Program-made: the position numbers and the translations under genes | From: Thermoanaerobaculia bacterium | GTDB taxonomy: Bacteria; Acidobacteriota; Thermoanaerobaculia; Multivoradales; UBA5704 | DNA length: 64,000 nucleotides | Reading direction: 5' to 3' | Assembly: GCA_035996875.1 (NCBI GenBank) | Contig: DASYJD010000013.1 | Location: 114 to 64,113 of the forward strand | In this document: positions 58,061 to 64,000 of the stretch, one piece after another | How the letters are laid out: the number at the start of each line of letters is the position of its first letter | How positions within the stretch are numbered: the stretch's first letter is position 1 | The notes under the pieces: model-generated | What the model was told of the DNA's origin: nothing | Seen by the model: only the letters and a program-made list of their open reading frames with translations | Databases searched by the model: none

Positions 58061-59768
58061 GACGCCTGACATGCCTGAAACATCCGAAGGCATCCTCGAC
58101 TGGCTGGAGCAGGCCGGCCGCCGCCCGGAAGGAGGGCTGCGCTTCATCGACCGGGCCGAGAAGGCCACCTGGTTCGGCTGGGCCGAGGTCCGCGCGCGGG
58201 CTCTCGCCGCGTGCGGCGGCCTGCAGGCGCTGGGTGTCGAGCGCGGCGACCGCGTGGCCCTGGTCTTCCCCACCGGCATCGACTTTTTTACCGCCTTCTT
58301 CGGCGCCCTGCTGGCCGGCGCCGTGCCGGTGCCCCTCTACCCGCCGGCGCGCCTGGGCCGCACCGAGGAGTATCTACGCCGCACGGCGAGGATGTTGGAG
58401 CGCTCCGGCGCCCGGCTCGTCCTGGCCGAATCCCGCGTCTGCCGGAAACTCGGCGGGGCCGTTGAACCGGCGCTGGGCTGCCGGGCGCTGACGGACCTCC
58501 CCTTGGGAACGGCGCGGCCGGTCCAAGCCTTCCCTGCGGATCTCGCCCTGATCCAGTTCTCCTCCGGCACGACGGTCGATCCCAAACCCGTGGCGCTCAG
58601 TCACCGTGCCGTCGCGGCCCAGGCGGAGATCCTCGCCAGCTTCTGGCCCGACACGACGGAGCTGCGCCAGAGCTGCGTCTCCTGGCTGCCGCTCTACCAC
58701 GACATGGGATTGATCGGCTGCGTCTTCCCGGCCCTGGCGCGGGATGCGGGCCTGACGCTCTTCGCCCCGGAGCTGTTCGTCGCCCGCCCGGCCCTCTGGC
58801 TGCGGACCCTCTCGCGTTACCGTGCCACGATCTCGCCGGCCCCCAACTTTGCCTATAGCCTCTGCCTGACCCGGATCTCGGACGCCGAAATGGAGGGAGT
58901 GGACCTCTCCGGCTGGCAGACGGCCCTCAACGGCGCCGAGTCGATCTCGCCTGCGGTATTACGGGCGTTCTGCAACCGTTTCGCCAGCTGGGGTTTTCGG
59001 CCCGAGGCCATGACACCCGTCTATGGATTGTCGGAAGCGGCTCTCGCCGTCACCTTCTCGGACCTCGGCCAGCCGTTTCAAGTCACTCGCTTCGACCGCG
59101 AAGAGCTGGCCCGCGAGGGTCGGGCTCGGGCTTCGGCCGAAGGGAGGGAGATCGTCTCGGTGGGCCGGCCGGTCCCCGGGTTCCGCCTGCGGATCGTGGA
59201 CTCAGGAGGGCACGATCTGCCCGCCGGGGCCGTAGGCCGCGTCTGGATTCAAGGCCCATCCCTAATGGAAGGCTACCTCGGTGATCCGGAAGGTACGGAG
59301 CGCGCCCTGCGGGATGGCTGGCTGGACACGGGCGACCTGGGATTCCTGCACGACGGGGAGCTCTATCTGGCAGGCCGCGCCAAGGATGCCGTCATCCTGC
59401 GCGGCCGCAACCACGCACCCGAGGAGATCGAGCGGGCGGTGGACGAGGTGTCGGGGCTGCGCGCCGGGAGCGTCGTCGCCGTGAGCTGGCTGCCGGAGGA
59501 CGCTCCCGGCGAGGTGCTGGCCCTCTTCGTCGAAGCCACCCGGGAGGCGACGCCGGAGGAGCTCGCGGCCCTGCCCGACGCCTGCCGCGAAGCCGTCCTC
59601 GGCGCGACCGGACTCGCCGTGGACCGCCTCGAAGTACTGACGCCCGGTGCCCTGCCCCGCACCTCGTCGGGCAAGCTGCGCCGGGGGGAGACCCTGCGCC
59701 TCTACCTTGCTGGCGAGCTCGCCCTCCTGGAGCCCGCGGCCTCCCTGCTGATGGGAGCCCTGGCGTGA
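58053..59768 (+). CDS. fatty acyl-AMP ligase (FAAL) / long-chain acyl-CoA synthetase family
   Basis: FSSGTTVDPKPV (AMP-binding motif I), YGLSEA, TGDLG...GR.KD motifs. An insertion-containing architecture typical of FAALs that load ACPs. Confidence 0.8.
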   Translation: MPETPDMPETSEGILDWLEQAGRRPEGGLRFIDRAEKATWFGWAEVRARALAACGGLQALGVERGDRVALVFPTGIDFFTAFFGALLAGAVPVPLYPPARLGRTEEYLRRTARMLERSGARLVLAESRVCRKLGGAVEPALGCRALTDLPLGTARPVQAFPADLALIQFSSGTTVDPKPVALSHRAVAAQAEILASFWPDTTELRQSCVSWLPLYHDMGLIGCVFPALARDAGLTLFAPELFVARPALWLRTLSRYRATISPAPNFAYSLCLTRISDAEMEGVDLSGWQTALNGAESISPAVLRAFCNRFASWGFRPEAMTPVYGLSEAALAVTFSDLGQPFQVTRFDREELAREGRARASAEGREIVSVGRPVPGFRLRIVDSGGHDLPAGAVGRVWIQGPSLMEGYLGDPEGTERALRDGWLDTGDLGFLHDGELYLAGRAKDAVILRGRNHAPEEIERAVDEVSGLRAGSVVAVSWLPEDAPGEVLALFVEATREATPEELAALPDACREAVLGATGLAVDRLEVLTPGALPRTSSGKLRRGETLRLYLAGELALLEPAASLLMGALA

Positions 59769-60868
59769 CCGATCTGTTGACGGATCTTTTGGTGGTCGGT
59801 GGCGGCCCCGCGGGGCTGGCGACCGCCATCCGCGCGCGCCTCGCCGGACTCAACATCACCGTGATCGACCGCGCCCGGCCGCCTATCGACAAGGCCTGCG
59901 GCGAGGGCTTGATGCCCGACGCCGTAGCGCGCCTGCGGGAGATCGGCGTCGAGCCGCGGGGCTTCCCCTTCCGCGGCATCCGCTATGTCGACGGCGACCT
60001 CCAGGCCGAGGGGCACTTTCCCGGCTCCGGCGGCCTCGGCGTACGCCGCACCGAGCTCCACGCCGCCCTCGTCCGCCGGGCGCAGGAAGTCGGCGTCGAT
60101 CTCCGCTGGGGCGTGAAGGCCGAGGGGCTTGACGCCGAAGGCATCCGGACAGACCAGGGGGCCCTCGCCGCCCGCTGGATCGTGGGAGCGGACGGCCTGC
60201 GCTCCCAGGTGAGGCGTTGGGCTGGGCTCGACGGGAGGTTGAGCGCGCTGCGACGCTTCGGCGTCCGCCGGCATTTCGCCGTGGCTCCCTGGAGCGACTG
60301 CGTCGAGGTCCACTGGGGGCCGGAATGTGAGGCCTATGTAACCCCGGTGGGCGGCGACGAAGTGGGGATCGCCATCCTCTGGAGCAGGCGGAAGGCCGGC
60401 TTCGACAATCTCCTGGAGAGCTTTCCAACCCTGAGGGAGAAGGTAGGGAACGCCCCAATCGCCTCCCGCGACCGCGGCACCGGCCCCCTCCGGCAGCAGG
60501 CGAGCGCGGTATCTAAGGGTCGCGTGGCCCTGGTGGGCGATGCCGCCGGGTATCTCGACGCCATCACCGGCGAAGGCTTGGCCGTCACTCTCCACGAGTC
60601 GGCGGCCCTGGTCGAGGCCCTCGCGGCGGGCGATCTCTCCCGCTACGCCGCCGCCCACCGGCGCATCAACCGTCTGCCCAACTTCATGACGTCGATGGTG
60701 CTTGCCCTGGAGCGGCGTCCCCGGCTGCGCCGCCGCGCCCTTCGCGCCCTCGCCGCCGAGCCCGCTCTCTTCGCCCGCCTTCTGGGCATCCACGCCCGCA
60801 CCTTGCCGCCCCGAGATTTTGGGTTCGACGGAGCCCTTCGGCTGGCCTGGAGACTGGTTGCAGCTTAA
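59765..60868 (+). CDS. FAD-dependent monooxygenase (UbiH/geranylgeranyl-reductase-like)
   Basis: VVGGGPAGLATAI (GxGxxG) and GADGLRSQVRR (GADGxxS) motifs. GTG start overlaps the FAAL stop. Confidence 0.75.
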   Translation: MTDLLTDLLVVGGGPAGLATAIRARLAGLNITVIDRARPPIDKACGEGLMPDAVARLREIGVEPRGFPFRGIRYVDGDLQAEGHFPGSGGLGVRRTELHAALVRRAQEVGVDLRWGVKAEGLDAEGIRTDQGALAARWIVGADGLRSQVRRWAGLDGRLSALRRFGVRRHFAVAPWSDCVEVHWGPECEAYVTPVGGDEVGIAILWSRRKAGFDNLLESFPTLREKVGNAPIASRDRGTGPLRQQASAVSKGRVALVGDAAGYLDAITGEGLAVTLHESAALVEALAAGDLSRYAAAHRRINRLPNFMTSMVLALERRPRLRRRALRALAAEPALFARLLGIHARTLPPRDFGFDGALRLAWRLVAA

Positions 60869-60884
60869 ACAAGGAGAACTCGCA

Positions 60885-61478
60885 ATGCTCTGCCGCAGGA
60901 TCGCTCTCGCCCTCGTGTCCATGTTGGCCTTCGTTTCGATCCTCCCCGCCGAGCCGGTGACTTTCGAGCTCGACGCCGCAGCCACCACCATCGAGTTCAC
61001 CTTCGGCGCCACCCTCCACACGGTCGACGGCACGATACGCGTCAAGGAAGGATCGATTCATATCGATCCCGAAACCGGCACCGCCAGCGGCCGCATCGTC
61101 ATCGACGCCATCAGCGCCAAGACCGGCAACGACCGTCGAGACCGCAAGATGCACGAGAAGATCCTCGAGAGCCAGCGCTATCCCGAGATGATCTTCGAGA
61201 TCGAGCGGCTGAGCGGCAAGCTCAACCCTGTGGGCCAGAGCGAGATCGAGCTTCACGGCACCCTGGAGATGCACGGCACCCGCCGGCCCCTCGCCCTGCC
61301 GGCGACCGTCATGACCTCCGACGGCAAGACGGTGACCGGCACCGGCATGCTCATCCTCTCCTATCGGGATTGGGGGCTCGCCGATCCGAGCGTCTTCATC
61401 TTGCGGGTGGAGAAGGAGGTGCACGTGACCGTGAAGGCCGTGGGGCGGATCTCGGACGGGACTTCGCCTGGGGAGTAG
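60885..61478 (+). CDS. YceI-family polyisoprenoid/lipid-binding protein
   Basis: AAGGAG RBS, signal peptide, and the YceI beta-barrel signature (ATTIEFTFGATLHTVDGTI...GNDRRDRKMHEKILESQRYPEMIFE). Confidence 0.8.
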   Translation: MLCRRIALALVSMLAFVSILPAEPVTFELDAAATTIEFTFGATLHTVDGTIRVKEGSIHIDPETGTASGRIVIDAISAKTGNDRRDRKMHEKILESQRYPEMIFEIERLSGKLNPVGQSEIELHGTLEMHGTRRPLALPATVMTSDGKTVTGTGMLILSYRDWGLADPSVFILRVEKEVHVTVKAVGRISDGTSPGE

Positions 61479-61527
61479 GGAATTTCTCGCGCCTTCCGGG
61501 TGTAGAATAAGGGCGAGGATTTCACTG

Positions 61528-61959
61528 ATGACGACTGTACATAACGTAGCGGCCTACATCCTGCAAAAGCAGGGTGAAATGACCGCTATGAAGCTCCAGA
61601 AGCTCGTCTATTACTCTCAAGCCTGGTCGCTCGTCTGGGATGAGGAGCCTCTGTTTGCCGAACGGGTCGAAGCCTGGGCCAATGGTCCCGTGGTTCCCGA
61701 TCTCTACCGTGAGCACAAAGGGCAGTTCAAGGTCGGTTCATGGCCGCGAGGAAACCCCGAGGCCTTGTCGGCAGTCCATCGCGAGACGATCGACTCCGTG
61801 CTTGGCTACTACGGAGACAAGGCTTCCCAGTGGCTCAGCGACCTGACGCACCGGGAAGATCCCTGGCTCGACGCCCGCCGCGGCCTTGCGCCCGGCGAAA
61901 GAGGCTCGACGGAGATCTCCCATGCCGCGATGGCAGAATATTACGGGAGCCTGACGTAG
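61528..61959 (+). CDS. Panacea-domain (DUF4065, SocA-like) putative antitoxin, copy 2
   Basis: KLQKLVYYSQAWSLVWDEEPLF...WANGPVVPDLY. Roughly 80% nucleotide and 75% amino-acid identity to copy 1 in the core. Confidence 0.75.
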   Translation: MTTVHNVAAYILQKQGEMTAMKLQKLVYYSQAWSLVWDEEPLFAERVEAWANGPVVPDLYREHKGQFKVGSWPRGNPEALSAVHRETIDSVLGYYGDKASQWLSDLTHREDPWLDARRGLAPGERGSTEISHAAMAEYYGSLT

Positions 61960-61970
61960 GCCCCCCGTTC

Positions 61971-62444
61971 ATGCCGAAGCAGCCGCGACAGAGAAGCTCT
62001 CCCTCCAGTCTCAAGCAGCCGGTCGCAGGGAAGGCCGTAAAGTCCTCCAAGGAGCCCAGGATCACCGCTGGGGAAGATCCCATGCGAGAGAGTCCCGCGT
62101 GGCACATCTCGACCCTGGAGACAGTGGACCCCTTCGGCTGGCACCGGATCGACACCGAGAAGCTGGGAGAGGTCCGCAGGAAGATCGGCGACTTCGAATC
62201 TATGACCTGGAATGAGATTCTCGTCGTCGCGAGTCACAGAAACCACGCGGTCTCCGTGGACCGGCTCTGCAAGGCCGCGCAGGATCGGTTGGAAGAGATC
62301 GGCCAGGGAGATGTCGACGAATTGGTCTCGCTACGGCTCTCCGGCCCGGAACGAATCTGGGGAATCCGCGCCGGCCGCATTTTGAAGATCCTGTGGTGGG
62401 ACCCGGAGCACGCGGTCTGCCCCGCCCTATTGAGACATACCTGA
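61971..62444 (+). CDS. putative toxin partner of Panacea antitoxin, divergent RelE/ParE-like fold, copy 2
   Basis: VDPFGWHRID...FESMTWNEILV...SLRLSGPERIWGIRAGRILKILWWDPEH is conserved with copy 1. A Lys/Pro-rich N-terminal extension is present only if the ATG at 61971 is used. The alternative ATG at 62082 gives a 120-aa product. Confidence 0.5.
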   Translation: MPKQPRQRSSPSSLKQPVAGKAVKSSKEPRITAGEDPMRESPAWHISTLETVDPFGWHRIDTEKLGEVRRKIGDFESMTWNEILVVASHRNHAVSVDRLCKAAQDRLEEIGQGDVDELVSLRLSGPERIWGIRAGRILKILWWDPEHAVCPALLRHT

Positions 62445-62462
62445 GGCATACTTGAAGAAGCC

Positions 62463-64000
62463 ATGAAGAAGCCCACCCACGACTGGTCCCCTTTTCTTGC
62501 CGACGAACGTCCGGTGGAGCGGTTCTCGCCCCATGGGCGGTACCGGCTGGCTCTGGCGTATGCCAACAGCTACCACATCGGCATGTCGAGCCTGGGGTTC
62601 CAGCGCGTCTACGAGCTGGTTCACCAACGGCCGGACTGGTCGTGCGAGCGCCTCTTCACGGACGGCATCGGCATGCCGGTCTCACTCGAGACCCGGCGAT
62701 CGATGAACGACTTCGGCTGCATCGCCTTCTCCGTCTCCTTCGAAGAGGACTACGTCAACCTCCTCCAGATGCTCGACCGCGCCCGCATCCCCTTGCGCCG
62801 GCGCGACCGCGGCCCGTGGGACCCGGTGATCGTCCTCGGCGGCTCTTGCGCCGCGATCAATCCGCTGCCGATGTCGGAGTTCGTCGACGTCTTCACCCTC
62901 GGCGCCGCCGAGAACGTCCTCCCTCACCTTCTCGACGCCCTGGAAGGCGAGGAAGGGCGGGAGGCGGTGATCGAGCGTCTGGCCGCTCTGGACGGCTTCT
63001 ACGTTCCCGCCTTCCATCATCCGGAGGACGAGGGGGACGAGCTGCCCAAGCTCAACAAGCTGGAGCTCACCGAAGAGCAGATGAAGCAGACGGGAAACCT
63101 GCCGACCACCTGCATCGTCACGCCGCGCACCGAGTTCTCCGAGAAGTTCCTCATCGAGATGTCCCGCGGCTGCCCCGAGAAGTGCCGCTACTGCTGGGCG
63201 ACCTTCGGCATGGGGCGCTTCCGCTGGCACCCGACGGACGAGATCCTCGCCGCGCTGGAGCGGGCCAAGCCCATCACCAACCAGCTCGGCTTCGTGGCCA
63301 CGGCCGTCGGCGACCATCCGGACATCGAACCCATTCTCCGCGAGGCCAACAAGCTCGGCTTCCGCACCTCGGTCTCGTCGATCCGCATCCCGGCGGTCAC
63401 CGAGGGCGTGCTCGAAGCCCTCCACGCCTCGGGCGACCGCTCCATCACCCTCGCGCCCGAAACCGGCACGGACGAGCTGCGGGTGAAGATGGGCAAGCCG
63501 ATCAAGAACGAGTTCCTGCTGGAGAAGATTCGCCTCATCTTCCGCCACGGCTTCACCCAGCTCAAGCTCTACTTCCTGATCGGCCTGCCGGGCGAGACCA
63601 TGGAGGACATCCAGGGCATCCTGGACCTCGCCGCCCGCGCCCGCGCCGTGATGCTCGACGAGCTGCCGAAGAAGGGGATGATCGGCAACATCCACCTCGG
63701 CACCAACGTGCTGGTGCCGAAGCCCTACACCCCCTGGCAGCGCGAGCCGATGGACGACGAGCGGAGCCTCAAGGAAAAGATCGCCGTCCTGAAGAAGGGC
63801 GTCTCCCGCATGCCCAACATCTCCCTGGGCTCCATCTCCGTCCGCCAAGCCATCTGGCAGACCTACATCAGCAAAGCCGGAAGCGGCGCCGCCGACGCCA
63901 TCGAAGCCGCCGCCCGGGGAGAATCGATCAGCTCCCTCCTCCACCGCTTCGCACCCCAGATCCAGCCGGAGGTCTATCAGCGGCTGGAGGGGGATTTACG
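62463..64000 (+). CDS. B12-binding-domain radical SAM protein (partial, runs off window end)
   Basis: IEMSRGCPEKCRYCW (CxxxCxxC) preceded by an N-terminal B12-binding-like domain (VIVLGGSCAAINPLPMSEF). The frame is open to the end of the window. Confidence 0.8.
   Translation, partial: MKKPTHDWSPFLADERPVERFSPHGRYRLALAYANSYHIGMSSLGFQRVYELVHQRPDWSCERLFTDGIGMPVSLETRRSMNDFGCIAFSVSFEEDYVNLLQMLDRARIPLRRRDRGPWDPVIVLGGSCAAINPLPMSEFVDVFTLGAAENVLPHLLDALEGEEGREAVIERLAALDGFYVPAFHHPEDEGDELPKLNKLELTEEQMKQTGNLPTTCIVTPRTEFSEKFLIEMSRGCPEKCRYCWATFGMGRFRWHPTDEILAALERAKPITNQLGFVATAVGDHPDIEPILREANKLGFRTSVSSIRIPAVTEGVLEALHASGDRSITLAPETGTDELRVKMGKPIKNEFLLEKIRLIFRHGFTQLKLYFLIGLPGETMEDIQGILDLAARARAVMLDELPKKGMIGNIHLGTNVLVPKPYTPWQREPMDDERSLKEKIAVLKKGVSRMPNISLGSISVRQAIWQTYISKAGSGAADAIEAAARGESISSLLHRFAPQIQPEVYQRLEGDL

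Overview
High-GC (~68%) bacterial chromosomal window covering the replication-origin neighbourhood. The minus strand carries rpmH-rnpA-yidD-yidC-jag (17.1-20.7 kb) followed by rsmG-parA-parB-bactofilin (14.4-17.1 kb). The plus strand carries dnaA-dnaN-recF-gyrB-gyrA (36.3-45.3 kb), and the dnaA-dnaN spacer has DnaA-box-like motifs and an AT-rich stretch, making it a candidate oriC. Other housekeeping genes include two tRNA-Ser, tadA, dnaX-ybaB-recR, mutY, rimK with its partner protease, sppA, three tandem lepB paralogs, cutA, comEA, a transaldolase and hemH. The accessory content is the more interesting part. (1) Two paralogous two-gene cassettes (27.9-28.8 kb and 61.5-62.4 kb) each pair a Panacea/DUF4065 (SocA-like) antitoxin with a downstream small protein that looks like a divergent RelE/ParE-fold toxin; the two copies sit in different genomic contexts. 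(2) A compact lipid/polyketide cluster (56.1-61.5 kb) encodes a type III PKS, an ICMT-like membrane methyltransferase, an ACP, a fatty acyl-AMP ligase, an FAD monooxygenase and YceI, i.e. an alkylresorcinol/alkylquinone-type pathway. (3) Two arrays of a 21-bp tandem repeat (2.86-3.04 kb and 21.65-21.86 kb) lie in inverted orientation and bracket 18.6 kb that holds the partition/rnpA-yidC genes. (4) Several structured repeats occur in intergenic regions: a MITE-like element, a pair of palindromic hairpins, and a duplicated ~120-bp structured element next to a minus-strand terminator. Many long ORFs in the six-frame track are antisense artefacts of the high GC content and were not called.
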